Source of the DNA: Schmidtea polychroa
Lineage: Eukaryota
Direction: 5' to 3'
DNA: 64,000 nt
Assembly: GCA_044892525.1 (NCBI GenBank)
Contig: CM097886.1
Coordinates: 126,480,001-126,544,000, forward strand
This document shows, piece after piece, positions 1-12,393 of this stretch. Every line of letters starts with the position of its first letter. Positions within the stretch are counted from its first letter, which is position 1. The translations under genes were made by a program, and so were the position numbers. The notes beneath the pieces are model-generated. The model was not told the DNA's origin and ran no database searches. It saw only the letters and a program-made list of their open reading frames with translations.

Positions 1-784
1 AATCCGTATGCTATTCAAATATCTTAGCCATGACCCATCCATGCTTAAGATGAGCTTTGGCTTAACGACACAAATCCATCAATTTATCTACTTGATCTAC
101 TTGTTTCCATTGAATTATATCTTGAATAAGTTATTAGCTTAAACAATTCCATGTCGACATTTTGTAGGTCAAATGCTACTTGTAGCACAAAGTACATGAC
201 GTGTGACCTTGACGTATTTATACTATCAATTGATAGGTCAATCGGAGTAATAATGATGATTATAATAAATATATATCACTGAATATATACAAAAAACTGT
301 CTATTAAAACAAAAAAAGCGAGCAGCTGAAAAGTAAGAGTAAATTTGTTCGTGATGCAGTAGACGAGAAATCAAGAAGAGAGAATTGCAGATCAAATATT
401 AATGGAGAAGTTTATAGCAGCTGGAAATTTTATATATAAGATTACCGGAAATTTTTTTTTGCGTTTTTCACGCTTGGTCTAATTTAACGGAGCCATCATT
501 AATTACTGCACGCTTTCTNNNNNNNNNNNNNNNNNNNNNNNNNNNNNNNNNNNNNNNNNNNNNNNNNNNNNNNNNNNNNNNNNNNNNNNNNNNNNNNNNN
601 NNNNNNNNNNNNNNNNNNNNNNNNNNNNNNNNNNNNNNNNNNNNNNNNNNNNNNNGATTGAGAATAAGTTTTGTTGTCCCATTTGCAGGTGGGTGGCGAG
701 ATTAGCAAATCAGAATTCAGTTGAATTCAGCCTCTGACAAGCAAATCGCATCATATTTCCACTAGTAATTTCCCTAGTATTTTC

Positions 785-2319
785 ATGGATTCATCTAGCG
801 ACGATCTCAATAACAGCAGCAGCAACAGCAGCAGTGCGTTTGACAAATACCAATGGCCGTTCCTGGGACTGTTAATAATTCCCCTCTGCACAATCTGGGG
901 CAACGCCTTGGTCTGCGTTTCGGTGTTCATTGAGAAAAGGTTGCAAAACCGTTTCAACTTTTTTTTGGTGTCTTTGGCCATCAGTGACTTGCTGTGCGCC
1001 CTACTAGTGATGCCGGTATCAGCCTGGAACATGGTTAGAAGTAAGTTTCTAATGGATCCAGATTTTAATGAATTAATGATAACCTAGACAACAATTTCAC
1101 CAGCGTCCCGAGAGGATTATGCCTTGCTTGGTACAGTCTCGACGTTTTCTTTACGTCCACAACAATCATTCATCTGTGTTCAATCTCGCTAGACAGGTAT
1201 TTTGTGCTGAACAACCCTTTGAAGTACCACAACACTCGCATCAGGTCTTCACTGCCTCTAAAAATCAGTATTGCATGGCTGATTCCATTCTGCATTGCTT
1301 GCCCATTGTTCATATTTGCCCTCCGTCTCGATCATATGGCGGGTAATAGTCGCAATTTAGTGCCAGAATTAGGACGGCTATCAAATCAAACAATTTCCCA
1401 TCAGCTAGATTCATACAAAGGCTGCGGCCCTCACAATGTTTATTTTATCATCATTTCCACTGTGATCACCTTTGTTCTACCTCTCTGCATAATGATCGTT
1501 ACGTACATTCTGACGGTCTGGTCGATTATCCGTCAGACGAACCAAGCCCGACAAAACCTTTATCCAGATAAATCAGCTACAAAATCCCGGCCACATACAC
1601 AAATTAAAATAACAGACGACAGCCAGTCTATCAACGAGACGACAAACAGTGCGGAGAATGATGTCTCATACTCATTAATAGGGGTCGATGACAAATATTG
1701 CAGTCATTCCTCACTCAGCATAAATTCCTTTGATTCCCCAGTCAAAAGAGGTTCATTCAAGATTTCCCACAAGAATGAGTTTACAATCCATCTCAATGTT
1801 CCTACGATCGATATCCGAAGAAGCTACGACTTTTCCCCGAAGCATAACCTAGCCATAAAAAAACAGTCCTCTTTTTCCGATAAAAGTTTCAAAAGTTTCA
1901 ATAATTCTTTTAAAATGAGTCCAACCCGCTACGGGAATCAATTATCAATCAGAAAGAATCTCTCCAACTCGTTCCGGATTCACAAACAGTCAAGGAATAG
2001 CGCCAAGCGGACGCTTGCTGCAATGAATTCCGGCAAAAAGGCCGTTCAAGTTCTTGGAATTCTTTTCGGTTTATTTCTTTTGTGTTATTTACCATTTTTC
2101 GTTATTTACCTTCTTGACTTTTTCTGCACCAAATGCCAAACCATGACCGGACCGTTGGTCTCGAAAACCGAGTGGATAGGATATTCAGCGTCGATGTTGA
2201 ATCCAATAGTCTATCATATCTTCAACCCGACATTCCGGAACACCTTCAACCGCTTGATGAGATGCAAGTGCTATAAGGTCCGAAAAGCGTTCTCTACAAA
2301 CACTAAATCCTATGTTTAA
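785..2319 (+). CDS. Class A aminergic GPCR, 5-HT2-like; exons 785-1040 and 1088-2319, 495 aa
   Basis: Splicing 1040^1088 joins ORFs 785 and 1204 in frame. Motifs: TM1 GNALV, TM2 LAISDLL, TM3 LDVFFTSTTIIHLCSISLDRY (D3.32, DRY), TM5 TFVLPLCIMIVTY, long ICL3, TM6 KAVQVLGILF..CYLPFF, TM7 WIGYSASMLNPIVY. TM5-7 wording most resembles 5-HT2 receptors. Confidence 0.9.
1041..1087 (+). other. 47-nt phase-1 intron of the GPCR
   Basis: GTAAGT donor at 1041 and CTAG acceptor ending at 1087; removal restores the TM2-TM3 frame. Confidence 0.9.
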
Positions 2320-3299
2320 TGGGCGTAATGTGATTTTTTGTGAATTTTGTTTTGACGAATAGATTATTTTTCTCTTTTCTTCAAACAATTGCCCATTATT
2401 AGATTTAATGTCGAATACCGCGAAGGACTTCCATGATCGCTCGTTCCTTTACCGATTGAGCGATTCCCGCGAGACGATAGGAAAGCTAAAAATCCACTAG
2501 CAAAATTAAATAATTAATTTCAACGCAAAAGTTGAATTCTGTCACGAAATTACCTCATCGAAAATTCAAACCAGCCACCAATTTCCTAGTAGACCTCGTG
2601 GCGTTTCCAGTGAACGATTCCTCTAGTAGGCAGGGGAAAGGGAAATCGAGATAAGGAAATATAATTGTTGACATCGGTCAAATGCGATTTTTTTAGTTAA
2701 TTTTTTTCTTTTTCATAGGTAATTAAACATGGTGAGCTATGGTTACGACTAGATCGTAATTACAGAATCCAATAGGAGGTGGGAATACCGGCATGGATTC
2801 TCCAGCACTGATTACCGGTGAGTGATCTTCATATGTAATTATTACATGATGCCTATATTTCCTTCTTATCTTATTTCTTTAATAGCTCATCTTTTTCGCA
2901 ATCACAACGCGATCCAACTAATTAAAATGTATTTTTCTCCTTTTTGTAAAGATTGTTTAATTGTCCTTACAAAATGATTTTGGCCCGGAGAAATATTATC
3001 AAACAATCAGTTAAAATCAGAAATCTGTTATTAAATTATTCATTTACAGGCTCCTTTCACTTTATCATATTTTATTCAATGCTAATCATATTTACAGGTG
3101 TTAACAGCTCTTTTACACGCCACTCTTCAATATAATAAAAAACATTTTACACAGAGATGACATTATTCATTATGTAAATTAAAATATAGTTCAAATTATT
3201 TCAAGTAAATGATGTCGGTAAAGTGCTAAACATAATTTATTCTGTAAAAACCTTCAAATATAATATATGTAGCTCGAAATTTAGAGCATTCATATATTG

Positions 3300-3862
3300 C
3301 CTGATTTTCACTTTCCACGCCTGTCTTTATGGGTGGTCCAATGCTTGTATCTAGATCAGTAGTGTTTCCAGATGACATATAGAATTTTTTGCGCATCAAA
3401 TTATCTAAATGATTTACTTCTAGCCTATTTCAAGATTTTGTTTTAATTAGGTTCATCAGGCTAAAATCGCGTTCACAGTCTGCACTTGATGCTTGAAATG
3501 TGCCACAAATGTCCAACAGAATCAAGAGCTCTATAATGCCTTTATTCTTCATGGCACAGGTTATGATGTCGGTGAAAGTTTGAATTTTTTCCGCAATCAA
3601 GAATTTGAAGTCATCTTATTGATCATTGATCTTTGAGAAATCTGTTCTCAAGGTGGTTACACAACAGTTCAACAAATCTAAGAATTTCAGCCTTGTCGAC
3701 ATCACGGTCAATCAAATTTTGAACTTCCTTCACTGCGTTACTCCAATAAACTGTTTCTCCAAGATATTGCGATCTTATTTTACATATTTTAGCCTTTACA
3801 AACTGAAATGCTTCAATAGTTGTCAAAATACTTCGTTGATGGTATTTGCATATTGATGCCAG
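3300..3862 (-). pseudogene. hAT transposase (ZNF862-like), C-terminal part, degraded
   Basis: LASICKY...; C-terminal dimerisation motif LDICGTFQASSADCERDFSLMNLIKTK*NRL..HLDNLMR. Continues the frame broken off at 5818. Confidence 0.85.
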
Positions 3863-4355
3863 TGTTGGGCGCCACCAAGTTGACATATAAATTTATCACT
3901 ACCAGCGGATGATGGTCCTTCACAATCACTTTACTCACAAATTTGTCAACCTAATAGTACGCCAAATACTGTATCATGGCGGCGAATCAGAGAAAAACAG
4001 GTGAGCCATTACCTTAGAACTACTCTTCTGCCTGTTCCGACTCACTTCCTTTGACCACCGTTAGAAGGAATTACGTTTAAATTACTCTCCATGACCCGGG
4101 AAAATCATTCATCAACCTCTCCGTATGACACTATACGTACTCATGAACAAATCGTCAACTACACACTTCCTGGCAGTTTCACCTGACACACTTTCCTAAT
4201 TCAGAGATGCACAACTAACAACAACTTAGAATTTATTAGCATTTAAAAGAAAAACATTTTTTAACACATTTATTTACAACAACTAGAGAAGAATCACTTG
4301 AAAGGAAAATTAGTTTGGATTTCTATCACAACATCGGTTTTGACCATAGGACATT

Positions 4356-5092
4356 TCACAATTTGTCAATTACGACTTCGGCAAATAAGGTCTCGAGGTC
4401 AAACAGTTCGGCCGCATTATCCTCCCATGTTACGTTGGTAGATGTTATCACTAGGAAATCTTTCACTCCGCTCTTTATTGAAGGTTGTAAGGCATCTGCA
4501 GGTACGTTTCTCTCACTAATTCTCAAACGATGGACTTGGTCTATTAGGCGCAGCTTCTGTCTTTTCTTCCGCTTGGCTCGAGACAATCGCCGGCGCTTTG
4601 GGTTTTCTAATCTTATTACACTGTCAGTTGCAACGGGTGATTGAAAAGTTTTTGGCGCGACTTGACTAGTGCCGGTGATTACGACTTCAGGTATCGAGGG
4701 GGATAAATCGGCTTCTACGCAATTTCGGCAGGTTTTTTGAGACAGTCGATGAGAATGATCCGAGTAATCGTGGTGAAGGAAAAAGCTATCGGTATGTCAA
4801 CGATCTGCTTGGTTAATGTGGCCTGCAGATAGATCTTGTGTAGGGTTTCCGACTGTTCCTTGATCAATGCGCGTTGAGGGCGGCTTTCCTCGATCAGGCT
4901 ATCACGGCAATGTTCGCTCCGGAATAGCTTTTCCACACTTACTTCAGTTGAGGCGGGGAAAACCAAGTTCGATTCATCGATTTTGCGCTTAAGAAGCCCT
5001 GTCTGCGGCTATAGGGTCTTGATGATACCGTTTTTGTCCGCGCAAGAAATGCACGGGGCGTGTAGGACTTTGGTAGTTCGGTTAGTTGCCAT
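4356..5092 (-). pseudogene. Frameshifted copy of the LTR-encoded ORF (homolog of 51558-52301)
   Basis: CISCADKN, KLFRSEHCRDSLIEESRPQRALIKEQSETLHK, CRNCVEADLSP, KRRRLSRAKRKKRQ and WEDNAAELFDLETL match ORF 51558; splice acceptor TTTCCAG just before the ATG. Confidence 0.9.
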
Positions 5093-5358
5093 TTTCCTGG
5101 AAAGAAACGTTAAGATTTCTTTGACGAATGGATTATGATTAAGAAAATGTCAAGACATAAACACTCAACTTCTTGCACTTCTTGAATACATAAGGTTATT
5201 GCACGACTATAGACAAAACCAAACAGAGTGTGAAGGCTCAAACATCAATGATGATCAGCAAAACTCCATGAGGGATATCAATTTGTACCTCATTTATTAA
5301 AATTTTATTACCTACTGTGTTAGTAATTTTAGAAATTAACTCTATCTATTATCTAGAT

Positions 5359-5384
5359 CAGCGTTTCCCAAAGTGGGTTCCGTG
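5359..5384 (+). mobile_element. Isolated hAT (Charlie-like) terminal fragment inside the solo LTR
   Basis: CAGCGTTTCCCAAAGTGGGTTCCGTG; no partner end found. Confidence 0.4.
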
Positions 5385-5817
5385 ACTTATGACTAATTTC
5401 CTATTTTAACCTTTGGGTTAGATTTCTTTTCTTAGCTGTTTATTGTTGCTTTGTCATTTGTTTTTATTTTTCCTTATTTCTTTTTCTCTTTTAAGATTTA
5501 TTAGTTTGTGATTAATTCTCATCTTTTTTATTATTTATTTATTTTCCTAATTCTTTGTTGAGTATTAACCTTTTGTAGCTCAATTCCTGCGTCTCTGCTT
5601 CCTATTTTGTATGGTAATTTTATTTTGTTAAATTTCCTTTACTATTATTTATTGGTATTTTGTCAATCTCATTTCCTTGTTTTATTTTTATTTTTTACTT
5701 TTTCTTTACGTTATTGTGGTATCTGCACTGTTTTCCCTTAGCTGTCCTTACAAAAATTAAGAAATTTAGAAGAATTTAAAAGAAATTTAGTCTACTCATT
5801 CATTTTTCAGCCCAACA

Positions 5818-6482
5818 CCAGTTATCCCAAAATATCATTCAGTATTGTCAAAGCCAGTCGAAACGGCGGATTATGAGCTCTCTTCAAACAGTACTTACTG
5901 ATTGAATCATTGCTCACGTTTACCGATTTAGTGTAATAGTCAATCAAAATGTTGTAGTTTCGCACAAATACGGCAACTGCTAAATACCTAGATAACCATC
6001 TCTCCTCATGCAAATGACCAATTGCCACGGCATCTTTTTATGCGGCATTGGCCAATTCCCGAAAATTCTCATTTTTAACTGATCACCTGCTGAACATTGT
6101 ATTAACTGTTCTAAGTAACGTTTCAATATCATGCATTAATGAAACTTGCTTCCAAGCATTATCAATAGCTAAGTCTTCTCGATGAGCAACGCAATGTTGC
6201 TCATACAAATTATGTATCTCACACCTGAGAATTGCTGCCACTCCATTATTTTCCCTTAGCATGACAGATGCGCTATTTAATGTTAATATTACCATATTCT
6301 GCAAATCAAGATCATTCTCACAATATAATTGTTTTTATTGCCGTCACAATAGAGACGCTATCGCATGAGAACAACTTCACAATATCGCCGAATATTGTTC
6401 TGCAAACAATTTCTGTTTCATGTCGATACTTGAAATAATTTATCAGCATTTTCTGAACTGAAATATTGGTACTTTCATCTGT
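5818..6482 (-). pseudogene. hAT transposase (ZNF862-like), catalytic middle part, degraded
   Basis: TDESTNISVQKML, HCVAHREDLA (CxxH), RWLSR, ALTILNDILG. Confidence 0.88.
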
Positions 6483-7110
6483 TGAGGATACCTAAATAAC
6501 AAATTTATAAATAAATAAATGAAATTACTTGAGGGAAAATCGTCTTGACAAACTCGGAAAAGAAAACGGAAGTAAAAAGAAACAAGAAATGAGAAAGGAT
6601 ATAAGAACAAAAAAAGCGAACAAGGAATTAAAATAAAGGTCAGTACTAATTAATTAGTACAAAATGAAAAGGAATTTCAAATCGGGAAAAACAAAAATAA
6701 CAACAATATAATTATCTCGACAGTTTGTCAGAGATAACGGGAACGAAAAGAAAACAGGCCGGAGCGGCAAAAAGAGAAAACTAGAAAATATCTTGACAGC
6801 TGTCAAAGATAACTCTGTTGTAGGGATAAGTTGGAAAATTATTTTGGAGAAACAAATGGGAAATTAAATATAATTTGAAGTGCCACAAAGTGACAAGGTA
6901 TAAAAGGAGGAAGCACAGCAGAAGCAGACAGAAAAATTAAGAGAGAACAATTACGAGAACAGTTAAGAGAAGAAACATTTGAAGAAGAATATTTACGACA
7001 GAACCGTTAAAGGAGAATATTTGCGAGTAATTTGCAAGTAATGTCTGCATGAATGATTGATTATTTTTGATTGTCTGGGTCCTCTATAAATAGTATCACA
7101 ATTTCTTAAA
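6480..7110 (+). mobile_element. LTR fragment, TGTTGAGG family, truncating the hAT remnant
   Basis: Starts TGTTGAGGATACCTAAATAACAAATTTATAAATAAAT, nearly identical to 39464 onward; TATAAAA near 6900; 3' end unclear next to the N-gap. Confidence 0.7.
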
Positions 7111-7808
7111 TAAAGTTTTTGGAATTTCTCANNNNNNNNNNNNNNNNNNNNNNNNNNNNNNNNNNNNNNNNNNNNNNNNNNNNNNNNNNNNNNNNNNNNN
7201 NNNNNNNNNNNNNNNNNNNNNNNNNNNNNNNNNNNNNNNNNNNNNNNNNNNNNNNNNNNNNNNNNNNNNNNNNNNNNNNNNNNNNNNNNNNNNNNNNNNN
7301 NNNNNNNNNNNNTGGGGAAATATTGCTTTCCTCTCTTATTTTTATTATGACCAAATTAATTAATTATTGTAATGGACCTCAACGATTAGCCAGATTGAGA
7401 AAAAGTAAAGTAAATGCATTTAGTTAACATCATAATTACTTTATTTTAATCAACTGCTTAATTGTAATAATGAATCATTCGTAATAGTTTTGCTTTTATT
7501 ATAAAAGATAAATAGAAATAATATATTAAGAATAGAAAGCTTTATATGGATGGATAGTAGGATGGGGAGTCCCCTGAGAATAAATTGGAATGCCTTATTA
7601 TCTTTCACTGAGAAGGCGAATGCCATTTACATATTTATACCAGTTGTTGTTTGCAATGCGATTGAACTCCTTTTAATTTATTCCAGCTGGCAGTTAATCA
7701 CTTTATTAGGATCAATCTAAGTGGACTTGGCTTTCGATACTAACAGATTTTATCTGACTCTAGAGATAAAAACTTTCTGGCGTATAGATATGATTATATG
7801 GTTTAAAT

Positions 7809-9260
7809 CAGGCGCCTCAAACACGTGGCCCGCGAAGACTTTTTAATAAATTACCAAAAAAAGTTTATAATTTGAAATTCAAATTAATTAAATAACAAGA
7901 ACTGCATACCGCAGTTAAAAATCAAGTTTTTAAATTAATTTTCTTTTAAATTAAAAGCATGACTTCAATATTTTTAATTAATGCTTATTAAAGCAAAAAT
8001 TTAGAAAATTATAATATTTTTAGTTTAAAATTTGACTCAAACAAAGTGTCATCAAAGGTTATAATAAAAAAACTTTGATTATTGTTGTAAATTTTAACGA
8101 GTTATCCGTATTCAATAATTTTTACTCATTTTTTTCAACAGTTCCAAACAAAAGAAATAATATATAAAATGCCTCCGAAAAGAAATCAAAATGGATGTTG
8201 AGTTAGAAACAGATATGGTGGCATTAAAAAGATAAAATTGAGGATGAAATCAGAAAGTTTCAACACAAGTGGGAAGATATGTATTTTTTTATTGAAACAA
8301 AGGCCCGAATTCAGTGTCTTATTTGTCAGCAAACAATTGCAGTAGCAAAAGAGTTCAATCTTAGTCGCCACTATAACACACTTCATGGCAACAAATTCAT
8401 CAAATTCCATGGAAAATTAAGAGAAGAGAAAATTATTCAGTTACCGACTTGAATTAATAAAACCCAACAATATTATTATAGTTTGTTTAGATTTATAATA
8501 ATACATTAATCTTTATATTTTTCATATTTTATATTTTTGAAATAAAAATCGTTAAATGGAAATTTAAACATGTTTTTTTTGTCAACTTTATTTTATCTTA
8601 TTTTATCTTTATTTTATCAACTTTTATTTTACCGGTAAATGAAAAAATCGGTAAATCTACAATTCCTACTACAAGCCTGCGAAATAATGTGCCTGGAAAG
8701 AATAAAGTGTTAGAGGGAATAAGTCTATCTGCTAATACAGTTTCTGCTCGAATATTCCATTGCTATTGATGAGAGCACAGACACGACTGACACAGCCCAG
8801 TGTGCAGTCTTCATTAGAGGTGTTGACAAACATTTAATGATTACTGAGGAATTGCTAAAATTAATACCTTTGAAGGGCACAACTACAGGAAAAGAGATTT
8901 TTCAAAGGATTGAAGAGTGTATTGCTAATGCTGAGCTACCTTGGTCAAAATTAGTTAATCTTGCAACAGATGGTGCTCCAGCAATGCTTTCAGAAAAAGT
9001 TGAAGTTATTGGTCTACTTAAAAACAAATTTCAAATCCTCAGTCCTTACAGAAACAACTTTACCAGAATTCTTTGCATTTTGCATCAAGAACCGCTGTGT
9101 GGAAAATATATTAAAATGAAAGAAGTAATGGAAATTGGGGTAAAACAGTTCATTTCATTAGATCAAGAGGTCTAAACCACCGACAATTTTCTTACCAATG
9201 AAAGCCAACACAGTGAACTTTTTTATAACACCGAGGTAAGAGGTGCACTAAAATTTTTAA
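7809..9260 (+). mobile_element. hAT Buster/SPIN (GTF2IRD2-like) remnant with left TIR
   Basis: TIR CAGGCGCCTCAAACACGTGGCCCGCG; BED finger CLICQQTIAVAKEFNLSRHYNTLH; IAIDESTDTTDTAQCAVFIRGV; ATDGAPAM. Frameshifted. Confidence 0.85.
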
Positions 9261-9299
9261 TCATAACAGAAAAACTTGAAAACTACATACACGTTTTTT

Positions 9300-10028
9300 T
9301 CCCGTTGATTCTGATCTTAAAGATTTTTCTGATAGAAGCTCTTCACAAAATTCAGGATAATTGGGAAGAAATTCTTGAAGAAGCAAAATCATATGCCGCC
9401 ACTTTGAACATAGAAGCAAAATTTGAAGAAAAACATGCCTAAATCCAAAATATTTTGATAAAATCGAGAACGAATCATCAGCAGAAACAAAATTCAAAAC
9501 ATAGGTGTTCAATAAAATTATGAATACAATCATGGATTCAATAGAAAAGAGATTTCAGTATACGATGGAAATTTGTGAAACATTTGATGTTTTGTGGAAT
9601 TTTAAGCATATGGACAAAGATAAAATAACTTCAAAAGCAACAGAATAACAGAAAAAATGTCCAGATGATTTAAGTACTGATCTTGCTGATGAATTTCACC
9701 AGTTAAGAGCAGTTTTACTGATTATTCTGATAATTCGCCTCTTAATTTGTTGAATGAAATAAGAAATTTGAAATTGGAATCATTATTTCCAAACATTGTG
9801 ATTGCCTTAAAATTGTTCTTAACAATCCCGGTGACAAGTTGTGAGGCTGAAAGAACATTTAGTTGTTTGAAACGGATTAAAAACGTAATACGGGCAACAA
9901 TGAAACAAGATAGACTAAATCATTTAGCAATTCTTTGCATTGAATCGATTTTGACCAGACAATTGAACTTTGACGATATCATTTCGGAATTCGTAAATTT
10001 AAAAGCTCGTAAAGCAATGTTTATCTAA
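9300..10028 (+). pseudogene. hAT transposase C-terminus, ZMYM1-like subfamily
   Basis: FPNIVIALKLFLTIPVTSCEAERTFSCLKRIKNVIRATMKQDRLNHLAILCIES...KARK (hATC domain). Confidence 0.9.
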
Positions 10029-10099
10029 TTTTGATTTGAAAAAAATTAATATCTATTACATGTAACATTGAATCTAAGGAGTGGATGATGATTTTATTG

Positions 10100-10365
10100 A
10101 ACGAGTAGTTGAATTAGATGAAACTGTCATTGCAAAACGAAAATATAATCGTGGCCGTACAATTTCTCAAAGATGATTATTTGGCGGAGTTGAACGTTAT
10201 TCAGGTAAATGTTTCTGTTCTTTTGTGCTTAATCGTAAAGCAGAAACATTATTGCCATTGATACCTAAGCATGTGGCCATTTGTTCTACGATTATAACAG
10301 ATGGTTTCGTATCCTATGGAAATATCTGAAAGATTAATTCTGGAGCTTATTCACATTTTGTCGTA
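10100..10365 (+). pseudogene. Merlin / IS1595-like DDE transposase fragment
   Basis: VVELDETVIAKRKYNRGR...*LFGGVER...RKAETLLPLI...STIITDGFVSY. Confidence 0.85.
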
Positions 10366-10524
10366 GTATTCGTCATTGAAAGGATTTGAAATCCAATTGT
10401 TTCCTACATCAGATTTTTTTGTCCAATATTTGCCACCACTGTGAAACTAAATTGAGGCGCGAGTTATATTTTTAACATCCGCCATTACTAATATTTGTTC
10501 GCGTACCCCTAAGCCATCAGACGC

Positions 10525-10547
10525 GTAACACGGTTTGGGAATCGCTG
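10525..10547 (-). mobile_element. Orphan hAT terminal inverted repeat
   Basis: Reverse complement reads CAGCGATTCCCAAACCGTGTTAC. Confidence 0.5.
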
Positions 10548-10959
10548 ATTTAGTTTCGTAATTTTTCCATATAATTCAACATTTCGAAATTGAATTTGCT
10601 ATAAGCAGACAGTTTATACTTCATATTCAAGTGACATATTTTGTAATTAAATAGAAAATACACTAATTAATATTAAATTTAAATTTCGTGCTCATTTGTG
10701 ATTTAAAAAATGTGAAGAGTATTTCTATTTTCTATTTGTTTCATGGTTCTCACTACATGTTACTTAAAGGAACGTGTGCATTTATCCGTCAGTGTACACA
10801 CTTGTCTACTTATAGCAGATTGAATATGGTGTATCAAATATGAGGAGTTAGAGATGAAATAATAGATACAGCAAATTTAATTGGAGATTTTAAATGTTGC
10901 ATTTTTCAGATATTTTTAAAATTTTTAAAATAATTACAACTTAAAATATTATAGCCTAA

Positions 10960-11031
10960 TGTTATTTAGTGGTCCGCAACTTTAAGACTTTATAGTTAGT
11001 GGTCCGTGAAGAAAATGTATAAGAATCGCTG
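10960..11031 (-). mobile_element. Orphan hAT (Charlie-like) terminus
   Basis: Reverse complement reads CAGCGATTCTTATACATTTTCTTCACGGACCA; repeated TAGTGGTCCG subterminal motif. Confidence 0.5.
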
Positions 11032-12081
11032 TTTTAGAGCATAAAGTTCATCATATGATTTTATGCCATCAATATTTTTATTATTATCATTTATAAGGTA
11101 AACCTCTAAATTATTTGGATATTCAAAAAATGTTTCCCTCTTCATGTGATATAGAAATTCAAACTGATTTTTATGTTGATGCAATAACTCAAATCTCAGT
11201 GACCATTGAGTTGGTCGAAGAATCAAAGTTGGCGAGTAACTACAAATTAAGAGATTCCAAGAGAAACTAATTCAAGTAAATCTTGAGCAAAATTATAACT
11301 TATCATACCAGAAAGGTGATTACTTCTTTACTACTTTACGATAATGAGTGTCTAAGAAAGAAACGGTGCAAATCGAGTCACTATTTGTAATTGTGATACG
11401 GTTCTAATAAAGTTGTTCTGTGTTGAGTTTTTGCTATTTGATTGGAAAAGGACAGGAGGAGTCAGAAACTATCCGACTTGGTAAATATTAACCCAAAAAT
11501 ACAATAAAGCTTTACATTGAGTTGGACCGGCTTAGCATCTTTCTACTGTCACCTAACATAAAAACGAAGTCCATAGTCAATTGTACAAGGTAATTCATTG
11601 ATTTTGTCAACAGTTGCTTCGTTAAAATCTTCGGTAAATTTTTTTGAAATATCTCTACATTCTTCCGTACATTCTTAAATTTTTGTATTTTTAGAAATTC
11701 ATGATAGAATACATCTTCTTTCCTAATCATTATATTATATATTATTATATACATTTAAATAATATTTTAAATATTTAAATATAAGTAATAATAAATGCAA
11801 AATGTTCTCATTTAATACATGTTTTGCAACAAAGGCTTATCTTATCATTTACTTGTTTATAATTTAATTTATGCTGCTGNNNNNNNNNNNNNNNNNNNNN
11901 NNNNNNNNNNNNNNNNNNNNNNNNNNNNNNNNNNNNNNNNNNNNNNNNNNNNNNNNNNNNNNNNNNNNNNNNNNNNNNNNNNNNNNNNNNNNNNNNNNNN
12001 NNNNNNNNNNNNNNNNNNNNNNNNNNNNNNNNNNNNNNNNNNNNNNNNNNNNNNNNNNNNNNNNNNNNNNNNNNNNNNNNN

Positions 12082-12393
12082 GAAAGAGACTGTTGACAAA
12101 TTTATTAAAAATCCTAAGGATCCATGTTTGAGAAAATCTGGGTGTGATCTTGTTGAGGTGTGTGAGTCTGATGAGTTAAATAAATTAAATAGTGTGAGCA
12201 AGGATGATGAGCCTAAATTTGTGTTAGTATTGCCGTACTCAGAAGGTTTTAAGGATTATAAAGTGAAGATAAGAAAGCAGTTAGGAAATTTAAACTATAG
12301 GATAGTGTCAAATTCATGGAAAGTACGCAATATGTTTATTAATAAGTCAAAAACTCCGGTCGAATTGTGTTCCGATCTCGTTTATCAGTTTAC
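12082..12393 (+). pseudogene. Penelope-like element fragment (RT thumb/linker to start of GIY-YIG endonuclease), between two gaps
   Basis: LVLPYSEG...KVRNMFINKSKTPVELCSDLVYQF matches the PLE LPY...K.K.P....S..VY.F pattern. Confidence 0.75.

Larger units (their letters stand above)
3863..5817 (-). mobile_element. Solo LTR (1955 bp) of the ORF-bearing gypsy LTR family, inserted into a hAT transposase
   Basis: Termini TGTTGGGC...GCCCAACA; 4-bp TSD CCAG (3859-62 and 5818-21). Removing it restores hAT DILG*LASICKY. Homologous to 51500-52870. Confidence 0.9.

Noticed and set aside
7809-10547. A single intact hAT element from TIR 7809 to TIR 10547
   Set aside because: The TIRs differ, the flanks GTTTAAAT and ATTTAGTT are not a TSD, and the interior mixes three transposase types.
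11031-11760. Minus-strand ORFs 10996-11226 and 11512-11754
   Set aside because: Frames are interrupted and no recognisable motif was found.
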